Made by a program: the position numbers and the translations under genes. From assembly GCA_963740785.1 (NCBI GenBank), contig CAVUFO010000014.1, positions 156,605 through 220,604 of the forward strand: DNA of 64,000 nucleotides, read 5' to 3'. Under the pieces are notes generated by a model that was not told the DNA's origin, made no database searches, and was given only the letters and a program-made list of their open reading frames with translations. This DNA is from an uncultured Actinomycetota bacterium. Lineage in GTDB: Bacteria > Actinomycetota > Actinomycetes > Streptosporangiales > Streptosporangiaceae. This document shows, piece after piece, positions 1 through 8,795 of the stretch; within the stretch, counting starts at the first letter, position 1, and every line of letters starts with the position of its first letter.

Positions 1-1588
1 CATCCAGCACGTAGGCGACGGCGCCAAAGGCCACGACCGCGCACCCGGCCGCCAGCACGCCGACGACGACGTCAAGCAGCTTGCCGCTCGACGGCAGCAC
101 GATGCTCACGACCACGCCAACGATCGCGCCGGCAATCGCCGCCGCTACTCCGGTCAGCGTGGTCCTGGCGACACCTTCCACGGCCGCCTTGCCGCGCAGC
201 CGCCGGGTGACGATGACCAGCGGCACGGCGGCCCCCGTCATGCCGATGGAGTTGCCGAGGGCAAGGGCGGCCACCACCGCGTGCGTGGGGACAACCTCGG
301 CCAGCACCACCTGCGCCACGGCCGCCAGCAGCGAGCTGCCTGCCACCACCGCGCAGGCGACCCTGAGCCGCCCGATCGCGAGCAGCGCCCGCGTCAGGTT
401 CGCGATCACGCCCAGGCCCAGCAACCCTGGTGCGAACAAGGCGAAGCCCGCGACCAGCTGCGGTACCTGGTCTGCCTGCCTGGCGAGCACGTGCGCGGCG
501 GGAACCGCCACCGCTCCGGTCACCGCCATGCCGAGGCTCGACATCAGCAGCACGGCCCGGGTAGAGCCCGCGCAGGTCCGGTCGAAGACTGAGCCGTCGC
601 GAGCGGATAGCACAGGGAACGCGCTGAGCACGATCGACACCGCGAGCACGGCGTTCAGCGAGTTGAACACCTGGGACGCGTAGTTGAACAGCACCAGCGC
701 GCCCGTGCCGCCGCGCCCGTTCGCGAGCGCGATCACCGCGACCGCGGACACCTGCTGGACGGTCACCTCGATCAGCCCGACCATGACCAGCCCGCCCGCC
801 CGGCGCGCGACACCGGGCGGGAACCGGAACGAGGGCCGCACCCGCAGGCGCAGCCGCAGCGTCGGCACAAGGCCGACCACCACCATGGCGAGGACGCCCA
901 AGGTCGTGCCCCACGAGAGGACAAGCCTGGCCGACGTCGGCAAGGAGGACAACGGCAGACCGTGGTCCAGCGCCGTGAACGTCACGTAGGAGCTGATGAG
1001 CACGAGGCTGCAGACGAGCGGTGCGAGCGCGTAGGAAGAGAACTTGCGGTAGGCCTGCAGCAATCCGAAGAACACGATCGTCAGGCCGTACAGCAGAACC
1101 TGCGGCGAGAATACGCGCAGGATGTTCGCCGTGGTCGCGACCAGGTCCGCGTGCACGCACTGCGCGTTCGGGTTGACCGGGGTCAGCGCCGCCGAGATCG
1201 GCCCGGCCGCCATGCCGATGATGAGCGTCAGCGGGACGAGAATGACGAGTGTCCAGGTCATCAGCGCTGAGGTGACGCGGCTGACGTGCGCCTTCTCTGC
1301 CGGGTCGGCGGCCGATCGCTCGGCGGAGCGCGCGAGGACGGGGACCATCGCACTGCCAAGCGCGCCACCCAGGACCAGCTCGGAGACGAGGTCGGGCACC
1401 TGGTTCGCGGTGAAATACGCCGTGCCGAGGCAGGTGGCGCCGACGGTCTGGGAGAACACGAGCGTCCTGGCCAGTCCGAGGATGCGGGCCAGCAGGGTGA
1501 TGCCAGCGATGACCCCCGCACCACGGGCTATGCCCGCGGCCCGTGAATAGCCAGCGTCGGCATCGCCGACCGAACCGAGTCCGGTCAC
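1..1588 (-). CDS. murJ: Lipid II flippase MurJ/MviN (MOP superfamily); the C-terminal end lies beyond the left edge
   Basis: It is absent from the ORF track because it has no stop inside the window. Manual minus-strand translation in phase with position 2 is stop-free from GTG 1588..1586 to base 1. It reads (V)TGLGSVGDADAGYSRAAGIARGAGVIAGITLLARILGLARTLVFSQTVGATCLGTAYFTANQVPDLVSELVLGGALGSAMVPVLAR..., followed by many hydrophobic helices, with strong GC3 in this phase. Listed ORF 72..1598 is an Arg-rich out-of-phase artefact. Confidence 0.8.
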   Translation of the reverse strand, partial: MTGLGSVGDADAGYSRAAGIARGAGVIAGITLLARILGLARTLVFSQTVGATCLGTAYFTANQVPDLVSELVLGGALGSAMVPVLARSAERSAADPAEKAHVSRVTSALMTWTLVILVPLTLIIGMAAGPISAALTPVNPNAQCVHADLVATTANILRVFSPQVLLYGLTIVFFGLLQAYRKFSSYALAPLVCSLVLISSYVTFTALDHGLPLSSLPTSARLVLSWGTTLGVLAMVVVGLVPTLRLRLRVRPSFRFPPGVARRAGGLVMVGLIEVTVQQVSAVAVIALANGRGGTGALVLFNYASQVFNSLNAVLAVSIVLSAFPVLSARDGSVFDRTCAGSTRAVLLMSSLGMAVTGAVAVPAAHVLARQADQVPQLVAGFALFAPGLLGLGVIANLTRALLAIGRLRVACAVVAGSSLLAAVAQVVLAEVVPTHAVVAALALGNSIGMTGAAVPLVIVTRRLRGKAAVEGVARTTLTGVAAAIAGAIVGVVVSIVLPSSGKLLDVVVGVLAAGCAVVAFGAVAYVLD

Positions 1589-2025
1589 GTGCCAGCACCT
1601 GCGTTCATCAGCACGCGTATTCCTGATCTCCGCAGCTCTCGGCTAGCCAGGCGCCAGCCGAGAAGGCTCGAGCCTCGGCGGCAACCGTGATGGCCTGCAG
1701 GTCAGGCACACGACCGTCCGTGCGCGCCCCCCCTGCTACTAAAGCATTCCCTGGGCGCATCGGGGCCGATTTCAGCCCAATCCACTTGGGGGACGCTGTC
1801 AGAGGCAAATCGGTTTACGTCATTCGCCAGACATTCACGAGTGAGCCGCGCTAGGGGCACTGGCTATCTGCTGGACGCGGTCGTGGAAGATCCGCCACCT
1901 GCGCTCGTCCTCGAGGGCAAGGCCGCCGCACATCCACGTCAGCAGCGCGACCGCTGATCGTGGCGGCGAGAGCAGCATCCCCGCTCCCGCCGGTCCGCGA
2001 CCGGCATCCCCGCCCCGCCCCGCTC

Positions 2026-2137
2026 CCTGCCTGACGACCCCTGCCTGACGACCCCTGCCTGACGACCCCTGCCTGACGACCCCTGCCTGACGACCCCTGC
2101 CTGACGACCCCTGCCTGACGACCCCTGCCTGACCACC
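2026..2137. repeat. 14-bp tandem repeat CCTGCCTGACGACC x8 (7 perfect copies plus the terminal variant CCTGCCTGACCACC)
   Basis: Read directly from the sequence. The 14-bp period is not a multiple of 3, so the three overlapping minus ORFs (1835..2206, 1851..2150, 1939..2136) only cycle through GRQAGVVRQGSS-type frames. Confidence 0.95.
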
Positions 2138-2187
2138 CCTGGTCACCCACGTCTGCTCCCCGCCCGCGAGGGCGGGCACCATTAGAG

Positions 2188-2222
2188 GAAGACTCAGGAC
2201 CCGCATAGGGTCCTGAGTCTTC
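2188..2222. repeat. Perfect hairpin (15-bp stem, 5-nt loop); possibly a terminator or a REP-like element
   Basis: GAAGACTCAGGACCC-GCATA-GGGTCCTGAGTCTTC, with exactly complementary arms. A 21-nt half copy, CGCATAGGGCACTGAGTCTTC, recurs at 10201..10221. Confidence 0.85.
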
Positions 2223-2279
2223 GCCTATGACGTTTGTCTTCGCGTTATGAGGACCGCCGCGCAGACAATGTCGGCCGCC

Positions 2280-2692
2280 TCATCTCGAAGTCCGTTCCAG
2301 CCGAGTTCGGCGTGTGCGCTTCCCTGGTCGCAGGCAACGAAGGACTCGCCCGCGCCTGTCGCAGGCAGCGGCGAAGGTCATCGATCGCGCGCGGTCGCGT
2401 CGGCCACCTCGCCCGCGTCGCCGCAGCCGGGACGACTCGCTGGCCTGGCCGTACTCGACGATGCGGGCCGTGACCATGGCCCCGAGCCACTCGCGCACCT
2501 AGCGTTCGTCCGAGCCCGGCCCTGGCGGCGAGCCGCTCGCTGGTGGCCCTGCCCGCGGCGGCCGACGTCGACCATCAGGCTCAGCAGCCCGCCGCCCAGG
2601 ATGCCTATCATCTGGCCCCCGAACGCCTCGGCCTTCCCGGGTCGAACTCCGTCTTAGCCGGCTCTGTCGCGGCGATCTCTGTCGTGGTCATC
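2280..2692 (-). pseudogene. Relic of a class I SAM-dependent methyltransferase (N-terminal winged-helix part only), with frameshifts and an in-frame TAG
   Basis: The minus strand reads MTTTEIAATEPAKTEFDPG / KAEAFGGQMIGILGGGLLSLMVDVGRR / ATSERLAARAGL / DER*VREWLGAMVTARIVEY, spread over three frames (tail of ORF 2608..3102, ORF 2378..2611, ORF 2280..2498). A TAG lies inside the ER-x-VREWL motif that I recall from Rv2258c-like methyltransferases. No catalytic domain follows. Confidence 0.5.
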
Positions 2693-2841
2693 AGGTTCCT
2701 CCGTTCGCTCGATGACCCGATCGTCACGCCTGCCGCGCCCCGCCACATCCGTGAGACCACGGGGCTTAAGGACGGGGATGGCGCGAACTGGCACGGGCCA
2801 ATTCGCTTCTCTCGTCGCTCGCCGGCACTGCGTAGATTGCC

Positions 2842-3195
2842 GTGATGAAGTTCTGGGAGCTGGTGTCGTTCTGCAGAAGCGAGCCCGTGCTGCTGGACCG
2901 GATGGCCGACGACCCGGCGTGGGCCCGGTTCCACGCGTGGAGGCAGGACTTCGGCCAGTTGGTAGCCAGGCAAAGCCGCGCAAAGCTCGATGTCGAACTC
3001 CCCGACGACCTGTGCCGCCACGTGCTGGCCGCCAGCACCCAGCGCTACACGCTCTCGGGCGTCTACCTGCGAGAGCAACGACCCAGCCAGCCCGGGCGGC
3101 AATTCTCCGCTATCGAGGTTTTCAGCCGATATGGTGGCGTAGGCATGCGGTATTCAGTCAGGCCGCGACCTGGCGGGAGCGGCGATGACGGATGA
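2842..3195 (+). CDS. Hypothetical protein (117 aa)
   Basis: The ORF has a GTG/ATG start and a non-repetitive composition (MMKFWELVSFCRSEPVLLDRMADDPAWARFHAWRQDFGQL...). It overlaps the next gene by 11 bp. I recognise no family. Confidence 0.4.
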   Translation: MMKFWELVSFCRSEPVLLDRMADDPAWARFHAWRQDFGQLVARQSRAKLDVELPDDLCRHVLAASTQRYTLSGVYLREQRPSQPGRQFSAIEVFSRYGGVGMRYSVRPRPGGSGDDG

Positions 3196-4720
3196 TGGTG
3201 GGCTGGTTCGCCTGCTGCATCGTGCGGACTGGACTCAGCTGAGCCTGTCGGCCCGGCTGAATGACGGGTCGACGGTGGTGATCGCGCCCGGCAAGCGCTA
3301 CCGGTACGAGACCGATGGCTACGTGACGGGATGCGACGGCAGGCGCCCGTGGGAGCTGTCCGATGAGGAAGACGACGACGATGACGGCGAGGTGCACTGG
3401 ATCAGCGGGCCCAAGCCGCCGGTGCCGAGGTTGCTCTGCCCCGCTTGGCTGCTTGAGGGTTTCGAGCTTGAGGTCCGGGGACGGGTGCGCGTGTGCGGCC
3501 GCGAGGCGCTCGACGTTGTGGCGCGGGCGGATCAGCGCGACTCGGCCGAGGCGGCCGTCGATGCCGAGCTGGGGATCCTGCTGCGGGTCGTAGAGCCGGG
3601 CGGTGATTGGCCTGGCGCGGGCGGCGAGCCTGACGTGCTTGAACTGGTCGCCGCGGACTTCGATCCAGACATCGACCCGGCGATCTTCAGGCCGCCGCCT
3701 GGCAGCCTGCGTGCCGAGGGATTCGGCGAGATGCTGGGCGGAGTCGGCCTGCCCGGGCGCGTCGCGAAGACGGTCGCGGGACTCGCGGCCGGCGGCCTCG
3801 GCGCCTGGATCAGGCACGGGCCGCAGCGGCAGGGCGCGACGCTGTACGGGCCTGATTCCGCCCCGGCCATTCCAGATCCTGACCCGGCTCCCGCTGTGTC
3901 GGCTGACGGCCAGGCAGCTGGTCCTTCCGTCCCCGGCGAGGTGCTAGCGCTGCTTCGTGAAGCTGGCCGCGGCGGGTTCACCGCGACCATGCACCAGTGG
4001 GTCGACCTTGGCGGCCTGGCGTCGGCCGTGCCAGCGTCCGCGCGCCGGTCCGGGTTCGGCGGCCTCGGCTACCTGATGGACGCGGTCAGCGAGAGCGCCG
4101 GAGCTGCCAGGTTCACGTCGAGGCTGCGCATCGCCGGACCTGTCGCGTATCAGATCGACCGCTCCTCCGAGCCCAAGAGCGGCCCGCTGACGGTCGCATG
4201 CGACGGCGAGCACGTCTGGCGCGTGTTCGCCGACAAGGTCACCAGGGCCCCGGCCGGGCCCCCGCCCGCCGACGTCCGCGAGCTAGCGGACCCGTCGTGG
4301 CTGCTGCGGTGCTGGCTCGCGGGCGGCGAGTCGGTGCTGGCCGGCGATCGGCCCGCCTACCGCATTGACGTCGTCAAGCGGCACGACCGCTCGTCGATCT
4401 CCATGATGTTCCCCGCCGCCGTGGCCGTGGTCGACGCCGAACTGGGCGTGATCGTGCGGCTGACGTTCTACATCGGCAGGACGCCCGTGCAGAAATACGA
4501 GCTCGAGAACCTCGCGGGTTTTGCGGGCGACATCCGCGTTGACCTGCCGGACGGCCTGCCCGTCACCGAGGCCGGACCGCTGGACGATCTCAGGCCTCCA
4601 GAGCGTAGCGGCCCGCCACCAACGCTCGGCCGCTTGCTCGCGCGGCAGGCGGCCGCCGAGGCGACGAGGGCCGCGAGGAGCCTGTTCGACCGCCTCGGCG
4701 ACGGCTTGCGCGATCGCTAG
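3185..4720 (+). CDS. Hypothetical protein with an internal two-domain duplication and an acidic linker
   Basis: 511-aa ORF. Both halves end in the same motif (AAVDAELGILLRVVE and AVVDAELGVIVRLTF) and share PxWLL/RCWL-type strands. There is an SDEEDDDDDGE run. The fold guess (LolA/RseB-like beta half-barrel) is weak inference only. Confidence 0.6.
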   Translation: MTDDGGLVRLLHRADWTQLSLSARLNDGSTVVIAPGKRYRYETDGYVTGCDGRRPWELSDEEDDDDDGEVHWISGPKPPVPRLLCPAWLLEGFELEVRGRVRVCGREALDVVARADQRDSAEAAVDAELGILLRVVEPGGDWPGAGGEPDVLELVAADFDPDIDPAIFRPPPGSLRAEGFGEMLGGVGLPGRVAKTVAGLAAGGLGAWIRHGPQRQGATLYGPDSAPAIPDPDPAPAVSADGQAAGPSVPGEVLALLREAGRGGFTATMHQWVDLGGLASAVPASARRSGFGGLGYLMDAVSESAGAARFTSRLRIAGPVAYQIDRSSEPKSGPLTVACDGEHVWRVFADKVTRAPAGPPPADVRELADPSWLLRCWLAGGESVLAGDRPAYRIDVVKRHDRSSISMMFPAAVAVVDAELGVIVRLTFYIGRTPVQKYELENLAGFAGDIRVDLPDGLPVTEAGPLDDLRPPERSGPPPTLGRLLARQAAAEATRAARSLFDRLGDGLRDR

Positions 4721-4759
4721 CCGCGGATCTGCTTGAGCAGCTTGCGGCAGGCGAGCCGC

Positions 4760-5725
4760 TCAGGGCCGGCCTGGCGGTGCCGGAGCTTGCTGGTCGAAGA
4801 GGCTGGCGAAGTCGTAGGCGTTTCCCGGCCTCGCGCGCACCGCTTCGTCAAGCGCCTTGGCGTCGTCGCCGACCAGGATCCGCCAGGAACCGGCCAGGAC
4901 GCCGCCGAGGATGATCTTCGTGGCCGCTGCCGGGCTGAGCGGGGCGCTGTCACGGAAGTCGGCGTTCATGCGGGTGAGGATCTGCCGCAGCTCATCGGGG
5001 GTGGCCGTGGCCGCCGCCGCGTCCCGGCGGCTCAGCTGCTGCCGCACGGCCTCCAGGTCCGCGTCGCTCATGTTCACCGGGTCACCGACACCGAGTGTGC
5101 GCAGGCTGTTCGCGACGATGTCGGTGCCGATATGGCCAGGCATCACGACCGCGACCCTGACATGCGGCGCGTTGACGCGCAGGTCCTCGATGAGAGCCTC
5201 GGTGAAGCCCTTGACGGCGAACTTGGCCGCTGAGTAGGCGGTGTGCGGCATGCCGGGCCCGAGCGTGGCCCAGAACCCGTTGACGCTGCTGGTGTTCACG
5301 AGGACGCCGTCGTCGCTGGCGATCAGCAGCGGCAGGAAGACGCGGGCGCAGTAGTAGACGCCCCACCAGTCGATGGCGAAGGTCCGTTCCCACTCCTCGC
5401 GGGAGCCCGCGACGAAGCTCCCGCCGCCCCCGATTCCCGCGTTGCTGAACACAAGGTCGACGTCGCCGCGTGCATGCTCGGCCAGCAGCTCGTCGCGGAA
5501 CCGCTGCACCTGGGCCTCGTCCGCTACGTCGCAGACGTGGCTCGTCACCAGGACGCCAGGCTGCGCGTCCGCGCGCGCCAGCGCCGCGGTCTCGGCGACA
5601 GATGCCCCGTTCAGGTCGCACGCCGCGACCGAGCATCCGGCCGCCGCCAGCTGCCTGACCAGCTCGCGGCCCATGCCGGAGCCGCCACCGGTCACGACCG
5701 CGAACTTTCCCGTGAACGAATCCAT
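4760..5725 (-). CDS. Short-chain dehydrogenase/reductase (SDR)
   Basis: MDSFTGKFAVVTGGGSGMG (TGxxxGxG), NAG, and a YSAAK catalytic Tyr/Lys. I chose the internal ATG at 5725 because GGGAGG lies just upstream; the ORF track starts at 5782. Confidence 0.9.
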   Translation of the reverse strand: MDSFTGKFAVVTGGGSGMGRELVRQLAAAGCSVAACDLNGASVAETAALARADAQPGVLVTSHVCDVADEAQVQRFRDELLAEHARGDVDLVFSNAGIGGGGSFVAGSREEWERTFAIDWWGVYYCARVFLPLLIASDDGVLVNTSSVNGFWATLGPGMPHTAYSAAKFAVKGFTEALIEDLRVNAPHVRVAVVMPGHIGTDIVANSLRTLGVGDPVNMSDADLEAVRQQLSRRDAAAATATPDELRQILTRMNADFRDSAPLSPAAATKIILGGVLAGSWRILVGDDAKALDEAVRARPGNAYDFASLFDQQAPAPPGRP

Positions 5726-5771
5726 GCCTCGCCTCCCGTCAGTCAGACTAAGCGCGGCTAGCCTTCGGCGT

Positions 5772-6086
5772 ATGACTGGCAAGCCCTTCCGGTTCGCCCT
5801 GCTGGCAACGCCGCAGGATCACGATCAATGGCTGGCCACGGCCCGCCGTGCCGAGGAACTCGGGTATTCCGGTCTGCTGATGCCCGACGGCACCCAGCTG
5901 CTGTCGCCGTTGCCCGCAGTGGCCGTGGCCGCCGGAGCGACGACGACCCTGCGTGTCGGAACCTGGGTGCTCGCCAGCCCGTTGCGGCCGCCGCGGCTGG
6001 CAGCCTGGGACACGCACACTTTGTCGGTCCTGACCGCCGGGCGCTTCGCAGCCGCTCCGGTCGTCGACCTGCTGACCGGCCGCTAA
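5772..6086 (+). pseudogene. Truncated luciferase-like (LLM) F420-dependent oxidoreductase, N-terminal ~100 aa only
   Basis: MTGKPFRFALLATPQDHDQWLATARRAEELGYSGLLMPDGTQLL...LRVGTWVLASPLRPPRLAAWDTHTLSVLTAGRF matches the LLM N-terminus. It stops where ELGLGAG should follow. The space before the next gene (to 6310) is far too short for the ~300-aa family. A downstream ORF piece (about 6104..6310, MGTMGALFEPAFGEVVG...) is unassigned. Confidence 0.55.
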
Positions 6087-6386
6087 CCAGCGACACTGCA
6101 GAGATGGGAACGATGGGCGCGCTGTTCGAACCGGCGTTCGGCGAGGTCGTCGGCGTCAACCTCGCCAGCTACCCGGAGCAGACGGTGTACCGCGAGCAAT
6201 TCGCGCACGGCGGCATGTCCGGCGGAATGATCAGCATCGAGACCTGGCGGGAACAGCTGATCCCGCTGCTCACCGATCGTGCGAGGCTGCTCGGGACGGA
6301 ATCCGGTTGAGCCTCCCTGCCTGGCCGTTGCGAGAATCGTCTAGCTGGCCGGCTGTGCTAGCCGACAAGGTGGAAGCGAGGTTCAG

Positions 6387-7238
6387 ATGCCGTGGTTTCC
6401 TGACTTCGCCAGTGCCGGGGAGCTTGCGCGCGGCCAGAGCCATGCGGCGGGCCAGGCCGATCCGGTGGCCCAGTACCTGGCGGCGCTGAACAGCGGCGAT
6501 GAGCACACACTGCGCGACGCGTGGCCAGGTCACATCGTCGTCCATGACCCGCGCGCCGGCGAGGTCAGCGGGCACCGGCAGCTGCGGCAGTTCGTCAGGT
6601 CGAATCAGTCGTGGCTGGCCGAGCGTCACGCCAGGGCCCAGACCGTTGCCTCCACGGTCACCGGCGACCGGGCTGTGGTTGAACTGCTCGCGTACCTGAC
6701 CGTCGGCGATAGGGAACAGGCGTGGCCGGTGGCGGTCGTCGCTGAGTCGCCAGATGACCGTTCCGTGGAATTCCGTAGCTACTGCAGTCAGTGGCCCGTG
6801 GACGGCCGGAGGCACCTGCGGCCGCCCGTGCTCAAGGCCGGCCAGGCCAGGCCCGGCGACGTGGCCGGCCGCTTCCAGGACGCGCTAGCCGCGGGAGACA
6901 CGGAGGCGATCGTCAGCACGTTCGCGCCCGACGGGTACGTGCAGGAGCCCGTCGGACCGGACAACCTGCACCGCGGTCACGTTGCGCTGCGCTCGTTCTT
7001 CGACGGGTGGTTCAGCGCCGGCGGAGGGATCGGCCTTCAGGTCTGCGAGGTCACCGACGACGGCGTGCGCTGCGCCGTCGAATACAACTGCGTCCGCTGG
7101 GGCAGCCATGAGCTGCCGCCGCAGGCCGGCATCGCGGTGTACGAGCGCACGGATGACGGTCTGCTGGCTGCGGCGCGGGTGTACGACGATGTCGAGCCAC
7201 CTGTGCCCGCGGGTCCTGTTAATCCCCTGCGATCTTGA
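6387..7238 (+). CDS. Tandem NTF2-like (SnoaL-type) domain protein
   Basis: 283 aa with two similar halves. The second is FQDALAAGDTEAIVSTFAPDGYVQEP...GVRCAVEYNCVRWG...GIAVYERTDDGLLAAARVYDD, typical of SnoaL/NTF2 folds. Confidence 0.7.
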   Translation: MPWFPDFASAGELARGQSHAAGQADPVAQYLAALNSGDEHTLRDAWPGHIVVHDPRAGEVSGHRQLRQFVRSNQSWLAERHARAQTVASTVTGDRAVVELLAYLTVGDREQAWPVAVVAESPDDRSVEFRSYCSQWPVDGRRHLRPPVLKAGQARPGDVAGRFQDALAAGDTEAIVSTFAPDGYVQEPVGPDNLHRGHVALRSFFDGWFSAGGGIGLQVCEVTDDGVRCAVEYNCVRWGSHELPPQAGIAVYERTDDGLLAAARVYDDVEPPVPAGPVNPLRS

Positions 7239-7472
7239 CGGCCCGCCTGCCGATGTACGGCGAGCCGCGGTCGAAGAGGCTCGCCAGCGCCTCGGGTGCG
7301 CGCTCCAGTCCGTCGAACTCGCTGACGATCACCCGCAATTGCCCCGTCCGCGCAAGGTCGCCGGGGAGCAGCGCGGGCTCCGGGCGGCGCTTCAGGACGA
7401 CGACGTCGGCATGGCCTGGTACAGGCATGGCCTTACCCCAGGTCCTGATACATCACTGGCCGTTGTTCCCGG

Positions 7473-8699
7473 CTAGCACGGGTTCGATAGTGCGACCGTG
7501 CCGCCCTTGACGACGTACCTGAACGCGGCCGGGTCGGCCAGGACTGCGACATCCTCGAGCGGGTCTCGGGTCAGGGCGACGAGGTCGGCGAACGCGCCGG
7601 GCGCCAGGGTGCCGAGCTTGCCAGGCATGCCGACGATCTCCGCGCCCACGGTGGTCGCCGACCTGATGATGTCGATGGCAGGCTGCACCTCGGAGCGTAT
7701 GACGAACTCCTCGCTCTGGTGCCTGTGCATCCCGCCGAGCAGGTCGGTGCCGTAGCCGATCTTGATCCCGCTGGCGTGCGCCAGTTCCAGGGCGCGCAGC
7801 CCGCCGTCGAGCACCTCGTCGACCTTGCGCCAGGATGCATCCGACAGGCCGAACTCCCTGCCCTCGGTGCGCAGCGCCCAGTAGGTCACCAGGTTCATGA
7901 CCAGGAAGGCCTGCGTCTCGCGGAAGACTCCGGCGGTGGCGGCGTCGAGCAGGTTCCCGTGCTCGATGGTCCTGACTCCCGCGCGCAGCGCCCGGGTCAT
8001 GGACTCCGGGGTGTACGCGTGCGCCGCCACGTAGCGCCGCGCTGCGCTGGCCTCCTCGACGGCCGCCTCGAGCTCGGCGACCGAGAACTGCGTGGAGTCG
8101 ATCCTGTCGGTCGGTGACGCGACGCCGCCGCCTGCCATCACCTTGACGTGATGGGCGCCTTTGCGCAGCTCGTCGCGTGCCGCCCGGCGGACCTGGTCGG
8201 GCCCGTCGACGATCGTGGACATCTCGGAGCTGCCTGGATGGGTGTCGATGAAGTGCTCGCCAGGGCCGCGGTGGTCGCCGTGCCCGCCGGTCTGGCTCAG
8301 CGCACGCCCCGCGTAGAACAGGCGGGGGCCGCGGATCAGGCCTTCCTCGAGCGCGCGCCAGGTGCCGTAGTCGCCGCCAGCCATGTCACGGACGGTCGTG
8401 AAACCACGGTCCAGCATCTCGCCGAGCAGGCGCGCGGTGCGGTGCGCGCTGTAGGTGACCGGCCACCTTGACATGTCGGCCAGGTCAGCCGTGCTGGCCA
8501 TGACGTGCACATGGCTGTCGATGAGGCCAGGCAGCACGTGGGCGCCGCCAAGATCGACCCGCCGCGCGCCGGCCGGCGCGGCGAGGCTGGCCCCTGCCTC
8601 GGTGACGATGCCGTCGTCGGCTCGCAGGTCGCCCTGCCGGTAGGTGGCGGCCTCGACGTCGAGGAACAGGCCGTTGGTGAAAAGCGTCGTGTCGCTCAT
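7473..8699 (-). CDS. Metal-dependent amidohydrolase family protein
   Basis: 408 aa with PGLIDSHVHV (the HxH metal motif), VKVMAGGG and a C-terminal ADLV...DPL motif. Confidence 0.85.
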   Translation of the reverse strand: MSDTTLFTNGLFLDVEAATYRQGDLRADDGIVTEAGASLAAPAGARRVDLGGAHVLPGLIDSHVHVMASTADLADMSRWPVTYSAHRTARLLGEMLDRGFTTVRDMAGGDYGTWRALEEGLIRGPRLFYAGRALSQTGGHGDHRGPGEHFIDTHPGSSEMSTIVDGPDQVRRAARDELRKGAHHVKVMAGGGVASPTDRIDSTQFSVAELEAAVEEASAARRYVAAHAYTPESMTRALRAGVRTIEHGNLLDAATAGVFRETQAFLVMNLVTYWALRTEGREFGLSDASWRKVDEVLDGGLRALELAHASGIKIGYGTDLLGGMHRHQSEEFVIRSEVQPAIDIIRSATTVGAEIVGMPGKLGTLAPGAFADLVALTRDPLEDVAVLADPAAFRYVVKGGTVALSNPC

Positions 8700-8795
8700 C
8701 GCTGCCCTTCTGGGTTCTTCGTCGCCGGCAACGTTACCGATCCGTCGGCTGAGGTCGAGCCGGCCTCAGCCGCGGGAGCCGGGCATGCTGGCGTC

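Noticed and set aside
72-1598. 508-aa minus-strand ORF, plus several plus-strand ORFs covering the first 1.6 kb
   Set aside because: The translation is Arg/Gly/Pro-rich with no hydrophobic helices. The neighbouring phase on the same strand gives a clean MurJ sequence with high GC3. The listed ORFs are out-of-phase shadows.
1608-1808. 66-aa ORF and possible leader or riboswitch upstream of murJ
   Set aside because: The ORF has no RBS or motif. I could not recognise any known riboswitch consensus by eye, so it is left unannotated.
2026-2137. Possible CRISPR array. The same question applies to the other tandem repeats at 17631, 26049, 44911, 59753 and 63521.
   Set aside because: The units are directly abutting, with no unique spacers. 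They are far shorter than CRISPR repeats, and no cas genes are present.
1835-2206. Three overlapping ORFs encoding GRQAGVVRQGSS repeats
   Set aside because: They are produced by a 14-bp tandem repeat, which is not a multiple of 3. All three frames are open only because of the repeat, and there is no RBS or other sign of coding.
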